From an uncultured Gammaproteobacteria bacterium (lineage in GTDB: Bacteria > Patescibacteriota > Microgenomatia > 2-02-FULL-39-11): a stretch of DNA of 64,000 nucleotides. Under the pieces are notes generated by a model. That model ran no database searches. It saw only the letters and a list, made by a program, of their open reading frames with translations, and was not told where the DNA came from. The position numbers and the translations under genes are program-made. Within the stretch, counting starts at the first letter, position 1; the number at the start of each line of letters is the position of its first letter. Below, in pieces: positions 19,446 through 27,850 of this stretch. The stretch lies in NCBI GenBank assembly GCA_964520615.1, contig CAZFNL010000011.1:1123-65122 (forward strand), read 5' to 3'.

Positions 19446-19475
19446 ATTCTAACGCAATCTTTTGCATATTGTCAA
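19446..19475 (-). promoter_or_regulatory. Sigma70 promoter of thr operon
   Basis: TTGACA-N18-TAGAAT, 15 nt upstream of leader ATG. Confidence 0.75.
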
Positions 19476-19508
19476 GAGGTATTATTGTTATTTCACCGTC
19501 CTATAAGC

Positions 19509-20183
19509 CTAAACCCTTTTGGCAGTCACAATCAGCCTTTTGCTGTCGGCAAAACCGGTACATGTATAAAGCGTTAAAACCTCATCTCTTGTCGGAGCAA
19601 TTACTTCAGTTTGAGATGGTAACACCTCCTGAATATTATTTATCTTATATTGATACCATTTATCGCTAGTAAAGACATAAATATCTTCTCCATTTTTAAC
19701 ATTTTTAAGAGGTAAGAACATGCCTTGCCTGGCATGGGCGAAGATGACTTGGTTACCCTTTTCTCCCGGGTAACCCGAACCCTGCCCCCAACCAGCGCCG
19801 CTCGGGAATACTTCCCAATAGCCATCTATCACTTTTGCTTCCTTCACGGGCAGATCTATATCAACACTTGGAATAAGTACCCGCATGGGAGCTTCCTGAT
19901 TCTTCTTTATTTGTGTTGAAAGAAGCAATTTGTCCACCTTCACTGGTTCCTGGGAAAAAGAGGATACTTCTCCGTTTTGTGGCACAGTAACTGTATTTGC
20001 GCTATTGTTTGACGAGTTTGAACTTGCGGGAGTACCGGAAAGATAAAATCCAAAGCCAATAAAAAGGATCCCCCCGGCAAGAAGATATAAACGGATTTTT
20101 TTCTTCTCGTTTTTGAGGATCCTTTTTAACGTGATCTCTTTATGTCTATTTCTATTTTTGACCTTACGTAAAGTAGAAGACAT
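19509..20183 (-). CDS. Sortase
   Basis: N-terminal TM; PGEKGNQVIFAH, TLYTC, RLIV (His-Cys-Arg triad); exact start uncertain. Confidence 0.9.
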   Translation of the reverse strand: MSSTLRKVKNRNRHKEITLKRILKNEKKKIRLYLLAGGILFIGFGFYLSGTPASSNSSNNSANTVTVPQNGEVSSFSQEPVKVDKLLLSTQIKKNQEAPMRVLIPSVDIDLPVKEAKVIDGYWEVFPSGAGWGQGSGYPGEKGNQVIFAHARQGMFLPLKNVKNGEDIYVFTSDKWYQYKINNIQEVLPSQTEVIAPTRDEVLTLYTCTGFADSKRLIVTAKRV

Positions 20184-20647
20184 AGCACTCCAGCAAGAAG
20201 TATTATATCAGATATGGAGAGCTCTGAACCTCCTGTATACGAAAGTCCCAATACCTGCGGGCCTCCAATTCTTACTCCAGTGCTTGTTCCACCACCTCCA
20301 CCGCCACCCGAACTTTCGCTAACTGATGGCGACCATCCGCAATATGGACCGTAATACGATTTCCCCGGCGCGCAAGGATCTTCTGTAGAACTACTGCTTG
20401 TGGAAGACGCTTGTGTAGCAGTAGGACTTGATGGAGTCACATTTGGTCCACCTCCTGACGTCGGTGTCGGCTGACCTTGTGGCGGGCTAGTTGGAAGAGG
20501 AGGCACTGTTACCGTCCTCTCTAAAGAAGGAGAAGTCGGTCTTGCTGCAGGCCTCTGCCACCAATCTGCCAAAACACTGCCGTTTAGCATCACACTTAGA
20601 ATAAATACTATTCCAAATAAACTGATGACCGATACTAATTTTTTCAT
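20126..20647 (-). CDS. Secreted Pro/Ser/Thr-rich protein with LPxTG-like sorting signal
   Basis: Signal peptide, PTS-rich stalk, Cys pair, VLGLSYTG + hydrophobic helix + basic tail; SD AAGGAGGTGA. Confidence 0.8.
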   Translation of the reverse strand: MKKLVSVISLFGIVFILSVMLNGSVLADWWQRPAARPTSPSLERTVTVPPLPTSPPQGQPTPTSGGGPNVTPSSPTATQASSTSSSSTEDPCAPGKSYYGPYCGWSPSVSESSGGGGGGGTSTGVRIGGPQVLGLSYTGGSELSISDIILLAGVLCLLLYVRSKIEIDIKRSR

Positions 20648-20692
20648 TTATTCACCTCCTTTCCTTTTTATAATAAAAATTAATATTTGCTT

Positions 20693-23149
20693 TTATAAAA
20701 GCACTTCAAGAAGCGCATTCACATACTTTCCCAGGTGAAACCTCTTCCTTCTTCTTATAAGTATCAGGAAAAATGCTAGTGGAACAACTGACAACCATGA
20801 TTCATTTACATTCAACCTTGCTCCTCCCAAAAGCATCCCGGCAAAACTTGTTTCTGTAGCCTTGGCAAAAGCCGGAGACACGAAACTGCCGCGAAGCATT
20901 CTGTTTTGGCCGTTGTTTTGGCCCAATATGTAGGTCTGCGGATCCTGTTGTAAATATTCCTGTGCTTGGTTTGCCAGTTGATATTTTTGGTTTGCGACAT
21001 TTGCAGTTGCCAGATAGTAACTCGACGGGTAATAATATCGGGCCTGCTGAACCTGCTGTTGTGTCTGGAGGCCGCTTGTATCTGTCGGATAATAGTATGA
21101 GTAATAAGTATGTGAGTAATTTTGGCTATCAGCTGTTTGTTTTGTTGCGGTCACACCGCCTATATTGGTATCTGCGGTATCAAATGACGGTAAAGGATCC
21201 AAGGTCGGTGTAGGAGATATTGCGCTTTGTGAATTATTACTGCTCCCTGTTGTACCTGAGTTAATTGTGTCTCCACTTCCGGCTTCAGCCGTCTGATTAT
21301 AGTTTTGTCCTGGTGTCACCACATTCCCCAGGAAATTACCAAACACATTCACCAGAAGTACGGCAAAATTCTTGGCGGTTACATTTGTGTTAACCAGATT
21401 AACCAGATTTAGTCCAACCTGAGCATTACCCGTCTGTATTTGTCCTTCTCCGGTATTGTCCTGGGCTTTATTGTTACCGGTATCGGCATTTGCAGTAATA
21501 TTGTTTACAATACTAGCACTATTGTTATTGGATAAAGAAGTATCTGACGTACTATTATAGGTAGAGTTATTTGTTGAAAGTGCTCCTGTCCCGCTACTGC
21601 CTACATCCGTAGTATACGTACCAGACCCTCCACCTCCTGTTTGTTGCACAGGTAAACCGTTTGAAGCAGATGTCGCTCCCCACGGAGCTCCCATTATATA
21701 ACCCACCCATTTACCCATATCGTTTACTATGACAAGCCATACAGTTCCACCCTCATCCACTGCGTTCGTATTGGCTACTGTACTATTGCTCACTTGCGTG
21801 TTGGAATTTCCCGTAGTTACGCTTCCTCCACCGGTATTTATGGAGGCTGAGTTGTTTCCAGTATTGGCGGTAGCGTTTACTGTACTTGTGATATCAGCGG
21901 TATTATTATTGGTTAAGTTTGTCGAATCTGAAGTGTTGGATGTGGCATTATTTGTTGACAGCGCACCAGTAGTATTGTTGGTCACATTTGTACCCGCGCT
22001 TGTTGTGTTTGAAGCTGTAACATTTCCGGTGGAATTTCCAGTACTCCATGGCAAAACAATATTTCCCGCCAAAGTCCCATAAATATTTACTACACCCATC
22101 AGCCAATTACTGACGTTTAAATTGGAGTTAACCATGTTTATAATGTTGCCAAGAGCTGTAGCATTTCCGGTCTGGATAGTACCGTTACCCGTGTTGTATG
22201 ACGCACTGTTTTGACCGGTAACTGCCTGCAAATTTATATCATTTACCAGTTGAGCGTCATTTCCGTTGGCTTCTTTGACTGAAAAGGAATTATTTGCTGG
22301 CGCATCATTGGATGAACCTGCTCCCGTCACTGAATTTTTGGATACTGTAGGAGAGGCACTTGAGAATCCGCTGCCTGCACTTGGATCGCCAGTCTGGAAG
22401 ACTATATCACCTGTCTGAGTACCATACACATTGTAAGTAGAGAAACCTCCCACTCCTGAGATATTACTGTTTAGTTTATTTAAGAGATTTACTGCAGATT
22501 GGGTATTCCCAGTTGATACCTGGCCGTTTAGAGTATTAAGGTCAGCATAATTGAAACCTGTATTTGTAGCGGCATCAATCTTATTTTGGATATCAGCCAA
22601 ATTTTTATTCAATACCTGCTGCCAGTTGGAATTTGTTTCTGAAGCGCTATTTGTGGATAACGCGCCAGTTCCGACATTCGCCGGATCGCTAACGCTACCG
22701 TTTGTGCCAGTGTCACCTGTAGGACCTGTCGGACCGTTTGTACTTGAGGCGCCCAAAACATTATTCGTGTTTGTTGTACCTGTACCATCTGTGGAACTGC
22801 TGCCTGTCGGTTGAGAACCGGAAGTACCTGATGGGCCGGTAGAACCCGATGGGCCAGAAGGATTTGTAGCGGGCGGATCACTACTGGTCGGTGCGGGAGC
22901 AGTTGTTGGAGATACGGAAGAATTGGTAGGCTGCGGAGCGCTGGTGGGTGCCGGTGCGCTCGTTGGCGCGGAAGCACTAGGTGGTGAAGTCGGGGCCGGT
23001 GCGCTGGGCGGACTGGTTGGTGCAGGAGCTGAAGCTGGAGACTGCGCACTCTGGCCGTATACCACCGGAACCCATACCAAATTCCCTCCGGTAAATACCA
23101 GGCTTAAAATAAGTATAAAACTGATAATTTTGTTTCTAAATTTTGACAT
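20693..23149 (-). CDS. Large secreted Asn/Thr/Gly repeat protein with C-terminal membrane anchor
   Basis: Signal peptide, APTSPPS repeats, repeated N..TG..S.N / A.TG.N.A..NTG.G.I.TG.A units, TM + RRRKR. Confidence 0.85.
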   Translation of the reverse strand: MSKFRNKIISFILILSLVFTGGNLVWVPVVYGQSAQSPASAPAPTSPPSAPAPTSPPSASAPTSAPAPTSAPQPTNSSVSPTTAPAPTSSDPPATNPSGPSGSTGPSGTSGSQPTGSSSTDGTGTTNTNNVLGASSTNGPTGPTGDTGTNGSVSDPANVGTGALSTNSASETNSNWQQVLNKNLADIQNKIDAATNTGFNYADLNTLNGQVSTGNTQSAVNLLNKLNSNISGVGGFSTYNVYGTQTGDIVFQTGDPSAGSGFSSASPTVSKNSVTGAGSSNDAPANNSFSVKEANGNDAQLVNDINLQAVTGQNSASYNTGNGTIQTGNATALGNIINMVNSNLNVSNWLMGVVNIYGTLAGNIVLPWSTGNSTGNVTASNTTSAGTNVTNNTTGALSTNNATSNTSDSTNLTNNNTADITSTVNATANTGNNSASINTGGGSVTTGNSNTQVSNSTVANTNAVDEGGTVWLVIVNDMGKWVGYIMGAPWGATSASNGLPVQQTGGGGSGTYTTDVGSSGTGALSTNNSTYNSTSDTSLSNNNSASIVNNITANADTGNNKAQDNTGEGQIQTGNAQVGLNLVNLVNTNVTAKNFAVLLVNVFGNFLGNVVTPGQNYNQTAEAGSGDTINSGTTGSSNNSQSAISPTPTLDPLPSFDTADTNIGGVTATKQTADSQNYSHTYYSYYYPTDTSGLQTQQQVQQARYYYPSSYYLATANVANQKYQLANQAQEYLQQDPQTYILGQNNGQNRMLRGSFVSPAFAKATETSFAGMLLGGARLNVNESWLSVVPLAFFLILIRRRKRFHLGKYVNALLEVLL

Positions 23150-23171
23150 TTTAAACTACTGTGTTAATCAA

Positions 23172-23264
23172 TGTCATCCTGAATTTATTTCAGGATCTCT
23201 GAAAATTCCTGAGGGAACTTACAGATTGGACCTTACTGGATGCTGAAACAAGTTCAGCATGACA
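23172..23264. repeat. RPE/REP-like palindromic miniature element
   Basis: TGTCATCCTGAATTTATTTCAGGATC ... GATGCTGAAACAAGTTCAGCATGACA: inverted termini, each internally palindromic; partial extra end at 23275-23286. Confidence 0.75.
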
Positions 23265-23317
23265 GATATGTACAGTTCGGGATGACTTTGTTAAAAACTT
23301 AAATTTTTTTATTACGT

Positions 23318-23366
23318 CTTTCCCGGTGGGAACCCCTTTTCCTAGGATGGATTCCCACCGAGGAAA
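23318..23366 (-). terminator. Strong 3' hairpin after the 375-aa repeat-protein gene
   Basis: CGGTGGGAA...TTCCCACCG stem just after the stop; no clear U-tract, so may be a stabilising or processing stem. Confidence 0.55.
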
Positions 23367-23378
23367 AAACGTCTTTTC

Positions 23379-24494
23379 TTATTGGATGACTGTCAAAGAA
23401 TCATTTAGATGGTTTGAGATAGTCTTCCAAAGATCTGACAATCCTGCCCATACTGAGCCTCCGCCTGTATTGTAGTTGGAAGCATTTGATCCTGTGTCAG
23501 CAACGTCATTATCAGTGTTGGTGACGTTAGAGTTGTTCGGATTGTTTACTGTTGTTCCGAAACTATTTAACAGGGTTGTACGATTGTCAGAAAAAGGTCC
23601 GGTGACGCCGTTACTACCATCGTTGGCGAAGCCGCCCATGGCCATCTGGATGGTTGTAGTACTTATGTTACCTTCATTATTCATTCCTACTCCAGCAGAT
23701 GATCCGCCGGTTCCGATACCTCCTCCAAGTGTATTGTAGGAAGCACCGTTATTGCCGGAACGTGACACGACAGCTACATTATTACCCAAATTCAAATAAT
23801 TAGGATTGTTTACTGTTGCGTTTGCCGAGTTTACAACATCAACATAATCAGTTGAAAATGGTCCTGTAGTATCGTTGGCAACGGAATTACCGCCTGCACC
23901 TCCTGCTCCCGCAGTTATACCTGTGGCACTGTCATTTAAGTGATTCTGAAGCATGACATTTGCCTGGGTAGATCCTGTTTGGACATTTGCCGGCCCGGTG
24001 TTGTAATTAGCATTGTTGTTTCCTGAATCAGATGTCGTGTTCACGTTGTTGCGAACATCAGCCTGATTGCTGTTTACAACATTTACGCGCTGACTGTTTG
24101 TTATGGTGACTCTATTGTCAGAACTTGGTCCGGTAATGTTATTGGAACCTGAGTTATTGGCTGCGGACGGTCCACCGTTTACAGTAGTAGTGTTTATATT
24201 ACCGACTGTATTCAAAGTGGCATTCAATGTCGCATTTCCTGTCGTAATATTGCCTCCCAATGTATTGTAGGAAGCGCTATTGTGACCGGTGTTTGATACT
24301 GCTGAGACGTTGTTTGTCAAATTAAGATTGTTTGTATTTGTCACATTGACGTCACTGGTATTGGTTATATTGCAGTAATCATGCGAAAGAGGTCCGGTTG
24401 TGCCGTTGCTGCAGTTGTTGCCTGCTGCCATTGCCGGAATAACTGCTCCGATTAAAAGAGCAATTGATCCTGCTATAGTTGCAAATTTTTTCAT
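23379..24494 (-). CDS. Secreted Asn/Thr/Gly repeat protein (~4 repeats), putative major subunit
   Basis: Signal peptide MKKFATIAG..AMA, CSNGTTGPLSHDYC, four ~85-aa repeats, no anchor; SD AAGGAGGTGA; ATG 24494 preferred. Confidence 0.85.
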   Translation of the reverse strand: MKKFATIAGSIALLIGAVIPAMAAGNNCSNGTTGPLSHDYCNITNTSDVNVTNTNNLNLTNNVSAVSNTGHNSASYNTLGGNITTGNATLNATLNTVGNINTTTVNGGPSAANNSGSNNITGPSSDNRVTITNSQRVNVVNSNQADVRNNVNTTSDSGNNNANYNTGPANVQTGSTQANVMLQNHLNDSATGITAGAGGAGGNSVANDTTGPFSTDYVDVVNSANATVNNPNYLNLGNNVAVVSRSGNNGASYNTLGGGIGTGGSSAGVGMNNEGNISTTTIQMAMGGFANDGSNGVTGPFSDNRTTLLNSFGTTVNNPNNSNVTNTDNDVADTGSNASNYNTGGGSVWAGLSDLWKTISNHLNDSLTVIQ

Positions 24495-24649
24495 TATTCT
24501 ATTCACCTCCTTCCGTCTTATGATGTATCAAGACTGTCTGCCCTCTGCCTGCCTAGGATTAAGCTAAGTTTTCAGTCTTGCCGCTCTCGCGGGTAAAATT
24601 TTTTCATAATGTCAGTAAGCTTTTAAGTTACCGCTGTCAAATTCCAAAT

Positions 24650-24693
24650 AAAAAGAGGTAAGTCATCCCGAAATTTTCGGGTATTCTTACCTC
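24650..24693 (-). terminator. Intrinsic terminator after DUF2292-like gene
   Basis: GAGGTAAG..CCCGAAAATTTCGGG..CTTACCTC + TTTTT. Confidence 0.8.
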
Positions 24694-24708
24694 CGTTGGC
24701 GGTCGGTA
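24688..24708 (-). promoter_or_regulatory. Putative antiterminator hairpin, copy 1
   Basis: TACC-GA-CCG-CCAA-CGG-A-GGTA; 3' arm overlaps terminator 5' arm; 14/15 core identical to copy 2. Confidence 0.65.
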
Positions 24709-24717
24709 TTTTTTATT

Positions 24718-24891
24718 TTAGATATCTTTGATATTGTGATTTGTCTTTTTTATATTTCTTTCAGTAATCTGTGTCACTTTGAAATCCTGTACATAAATTT
24801 CCACAGAACCAAAACCGCGCACATTTTTCAGCGCCTGCTTTATTTCTTCAACCAAGTCGCGAGTAACTTTCTTTGTCGAATAGTCCACCAT
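24718..24891 (-). CDS. Small DUF2292/YezD-like protein
   Basis: EIKQALKNVRGFGSVEIYVQDFKVTQITER matches the I...L..+.FGSV.I.V.DG.V.QIE pattern; ATG 24891 preferred over TTG 24918. Confidence 0.75.
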   Translation of the reverse strand: MVDYSTKKVTRDLVEEIKQALKNVRGFGSVEIYVQDFKVTQITERNIKKTNHNIKDI

Positions 24892-24902
24892 TTCAATTTT
24901 GG

Positions 24903-24939
24903 GGCAGTTAACAGGCAAATAATGGCAGTTATGAGGCAG
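24903..24939 (-). repeat. CTGCC pentamer cluster upstream of DUF2292-like gene
   Basis: Plus-strand GGCAG at 24903, 24924, 24935 and GGCAA at 24914 (spacing 11/10/11). Confidence 0.7.
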
Positions 24940-24942
24940 AAA

Positions 24943-25524
24943 TCAGGAAGGAAAATTTACAGGAATTGTTTCCTTCTTACCATCCAACTCACCTACAAAT
25001 AATTTGAAATTTCGCACGTTGTCCGGTACTACAAATCCGACTCTATCCAGCTTGGTGGAAATTGCGGCAATAGGCACCAGGTTATTGTGCAAATCAGGCG
25101 CAAATTTATTGCCGTCATCATTGTTATATGTAAGCCTGATGAGGTCTCCTGGGAAAACATTCAGGGACGAAGTGGTATCGTTCTTGTATTCCAAATTCAA
25201 TATGAGGAAAAGCTTTTGGTTTGTGGCTGTGTAAGTTTTATTATTTACCATCACCTGGTTTGTCTTTTCGGTTGAAGCAATAGTAAATGTAATTTTATTT
25301 TTAGTGGGCTTACCCTGGTTATCCAAAGCAGTGAAATCAAAACTTTTGTTTATCTGGGCACTGATGCTTTTGGCAGCTTTGGTTGTGCCTTCAGACCGGG
25401 TACGCATAGCATTGATATTTACCGCAAAGATGGCAAAGATCAAAACAACAACACCGACCACCAGTTTTTTATGCTCTTTTGCAAATTCCCGAATTTTTTT
25501 CATCCAATTTTGTGTTTTAGGCAT
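24943..25524 (-). CDS. Membrane-anchored DUF4352-like Ig-fold protein
   Basis: N-terminal TM; FLILNLEYKN, G.VGFVVP, F.L.VG pattern. Confidence 0.6.
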   Translation of the reverse strand: MPKTQNWMKKIREFAKEHKKLVVGVVVLIFAIFAVNINAMRTRSEGTTKAAKSISAQINKSFDFTALDNQGKPTKNKITFTIASTEKTNQVMVNNKTYTATNQKLFLILNLEYKNDTTSSLNVFPGDLIRLTYNNDDGNKFAPDLHNNLVPIAAISTKLDRVGFVVPDNVRNFKLFVGELDGKKETIPVNFPS

Positions 25525-25654
25525 AATCTTAATACGGATAAAATTTCCGTCTGGCCTTTAATAGATTGAGCGGTAATCAATTTTAATTGGACAGTTTTTG
25601 GCAGGGGAAAGTATGAATCCTTCCAACTTTGTGGCAGCTAAGGCAGAGTAAAAA

Positions 25655-25684
25655 GATGTTATACTGCCCGTCCTGACTTGTCAA
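25655..25684 (-). promoter_or_regulatory. Putative sigma70 promoter for DUF4352-DUF2292 unit
   Basis: TTGACA-N18-TAACAT; followed by three CTGCC copies in the leader. Confidence 0.55.
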
Positions 25685-25744
25685 GATGACAACACCGTAA
25701 CAAAATATATCAGACTATAACTCTACTCTGATAAAATTGTGCTT

Positions 25745-26902
25745 TTACGCGACAAAAAAACCTAAAGTATAGTATATGAAAAATATCAAGAGCAAGACGA
25801 GTGAAAAGAAAACATAAATTATTTCCCAAAATCTAGCTGGTCTTAGCCTACCCATAGACATAAATATTGGGAAAAATATGAGGGCATAGCGGGAAACACC
25901 ATTGAGTATATATCCCCGGTACTGAAAGAAATAGAAGACAAGAAAAAAGACCAAAAGAAAAATCCAGTCTTCCCTCCTGATTTTCCTGCAGGAAACATAA
26001 AGATAAGCTATAGCACCGGCTGTTATGACAAAATCCAAATCGTTGGGAAGGTTCAGGGGACTCACCAGCAATATTTTTGCCTGCGACAGCAGCGGATCCC
26101 AGGGAAGAGGCAGCGTCACTTTCCAGGCGGAATTGACTCTAAGGGCAACAAGAGAAACACCGGTCATCGCGTCCTGAAACCCGGCTATGAGAAAAAATGA
26201 CAGCGGGATAAGAATTAAGGAAAGCAAAGCCGGAATTTTATTTTTTATCTTTTTGCTTTTCCAGAAAATATAAGCTAAAGGCGCCAAAAGCACACCTCCA
26301 TATGGTTTAGTCACTGTGGCAAAGATGGCAAATAATGTTGCTGTAAACGGCCTGTCTTTTTTAGCAAATATGAGGCAAGCCAGGACAAAAGAAATAAAAA
26401 GAGACTCTGCATACGGGACAAGCAGGAAAAACGCGGCCGGAAAGATAGCATATGCCGCAAGCAACCTCACCGCGATTTTCCCGTCATTCTCCATCAAAGT
26501 AAAATAATAAAATAAGAAAAATGCTAAGGCGGAAAGAAATGTATTTAGGAAAAAAGCTGCTACCGGAAATGTTGCCGGACTTACCAACGTCAGTAATTTT
26601 ACTGCCCAAGGATACAGAGGGAAAAACTTGGCCGTCAATGGTTCACCTCTATAATTAGTCCTCGCCACTTCCTCATACCAGAGAGCGTCAAAGCGGTGAA
26701 GCGGTTGGACAATATAATACCAGGAATCATTTCTATCGACGGGAATATTGCGCACCAAATCCATCTGAGCGGTAGTTAGCGGAATTTTGGGAAATATGGA
26801 AAAAAGGGAAAAACCGGCAAACAAAAGCAAGAGGCGCAGAAACAGTGTGAAAATTATTGAGAGGATAATGCCTGTTTTTATATTTTTCCTATCCGTTTTC
26901 AT
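25745..26902 (-). CDS. GT-C membrane glycosyltransferase (PIG-V/mannosyltransferase-like)
   Basis: RFDALWYEEVA, FFPLYP, FP.AFFL..PYAESLF, TKPYG, SRY....FP; multiple TMs; start 26902 vs 26938 uncertain. Confidence 0.85.
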   Translation of the reverse strand: MKTDRKNIKTGIILSIIFTLFLRLLLLFAGFSLFSIFPKIPLTTAQMDLVRNIPVDRNDSWYYIVQPLHRFDALWYEEVARTNYRGEPLTAKFFPLYPWAVKLLTLVSPATFPVAAFFLNTFLSALAFFLFYYFTLMENDGKIAVRLLAAYAIFPAAFFLLVPYAESLFISFVLACLIFAKKDRPFTATLFAIFATVTKPYGGVLLAPLAYIFWKSKKIKNKIPALLSLILIPLSFFLIAGFQDAMTGVSLVALRVNSAWKVTLPLPWDPLLSQAKILLVSPLNLPNDLDFVITAGAIAYLYVSCRKIRREDWIFLLVFFLVFYFFQYRGYILNGVSRYALIFFPIFMSMGRLRPARFWEIIYVFFSLVLLLIFFIYYTLGFFVA

Positions 26903-26936
26903 CAACGAAAATATAAATGTATTTGCCGCAAACGTC

Positions 26937-26963
26937 AAGAGCTCTCCTAAAAGGAGAGCTCTT
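26937..26963. terminator. Perfect hairpin after 203-aa repeat-protein gene
   Basis: AAGAGCTCTCC-TAAAA-GGAGAGCTCTT; weak U-tract. Confidence 0.55.
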
Positions 26964-26995
26964 AAACTGAAATATTCAGTAAACTGCTCACTATA

Positions 26996-27595
26996 TCATT
27001 GAGATATCGTAATAGATGAACTGTTTACATTATTGCTCACTCCTACATTTACCAAAGCATCTCCGGTTCCCACTCCTCCACCGACTGTATTCAGGTTTGC
27101 CTGATTATTACCTGTATTTACGGTTGTGTTCACGTTATTGGTAACGAAAGCAGTGTTGGTTAACATAAAACCAACCCTCTTATTTACATTTACGGTGACG
27201 TTATTGGTGGAACCGTAACCGGTAATGGAGTTTCCGCTGCCGGTCAATGATGTATCCAAAACAGCTGTCTGGTTTACGTTTAGGCCGACATTGTTTACTG
27301 TATTGGCTACAGGATTGATATTTGCCGTAGCGTTTCCAGTGAGAACTCCGCCCAGACTCGCGTCTGAATTCTGGTTATTCTGGTTTCCGCCGGTATTTGT
27401 GTTGGTAGTTACATTGTTGGTAACATTCCCATTATTACCCAGCATAAACCTTACAATCCTTTTTGCCTTTATGGTGCAATAGTTAGAACTATAAGCACCT
27501 GTCGGACCGTTTCCACAATCCACAGCCAGTGCCGGTGCTACTGTCAAAAGCAGCATTCCTGCTCCAATGGCCATTCCCAATATATTTTTTTTCAT
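26996..27595 (-). CDS. Secreted Asn/Thr/Gly repeat protein (~2 repeats)
   Basis: Signal peptide ..PALA, CGNGPTGAYSSNYC, NTG.N..N.N...GGV.TG.A repeats; SD AAGGAGGTGA; ATG 27595. Confidence 0.85.
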   Translation of the reverse strand: MKKNILGMAIGAGMLLLTVAPALAVDCGNGPTGAYSSNYCTIKAKRIVRFMLGNNGNVTNNVTTNTNTGGNQNNQNSDASLGGVLTGNATANINPVANTVNNVGLNVNQTAVLDTSLTGSGNSITGYGSTNNVTVNVNKRVGFMLTNTAFVTNNVNTTVNTGNNQANLNTVGGGVGTGDALVNVGVSNNVNSSSITISQ

Positions 27596-27637
27596 AAATC
27601 TTTTCACCTCCTTTCTTTATTGATTTTCTTACTGCAC

Positions 27638-27690
27638 AAAAATAACACTCTCCTCCCTCGGTCTATAAGAGACCTCGGGATTCGAGTGTT
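27638..27690 (-). terminator. Second terminator-like hairpin in 203-aa gene leader
   Basis: AACACTC-..-TCCC-GA-GGTC..GACC-GA-GGGA-..-GAGTGTT + ATTTTT. Confidence 0.55.
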
Positions 27691-27804
27691 TTCCTTTGAG
27701 CAGAAGGCAGACTATGATACATAGGGCAGCAAGTTAAGACTCGGGCAGCGATATTTTCCGACTAAAAAACTACACCGGGCAGGTGTCGAAAGACAAATGG
27801 AAAC

Positions 27805-27833
27805 AAAAAAGCAATCCTTTACAGGGATTGCTT
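27805..27833 (-). terminator. Promoter-proximal intrinsic terminator
   Basis: AAGCAATCC-CTGTAAA-GGATTGCTT + TTTT. Confidence 0.85.
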
Positions 27834-27850
27834 CCGTTTGCGGTCGGCAA
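27828..27850 (-). promoter_or_regulatory. Putative antiterminator hairpin, copy 2
   Basis: TTGC-CGA-CCG-CAAA-CGG-AA-GCAA; overlaps terminator 5' arm. Confidence 0.65.

Noticed and set aside
24510-24650. c-di-GMP or c-di-AMP riboswitch in the surface-protein leaders
   Set aside because: Could not match the GEMM (GGCAAA..GAAA..GACGCAAAG) or ydaO consensus by eye
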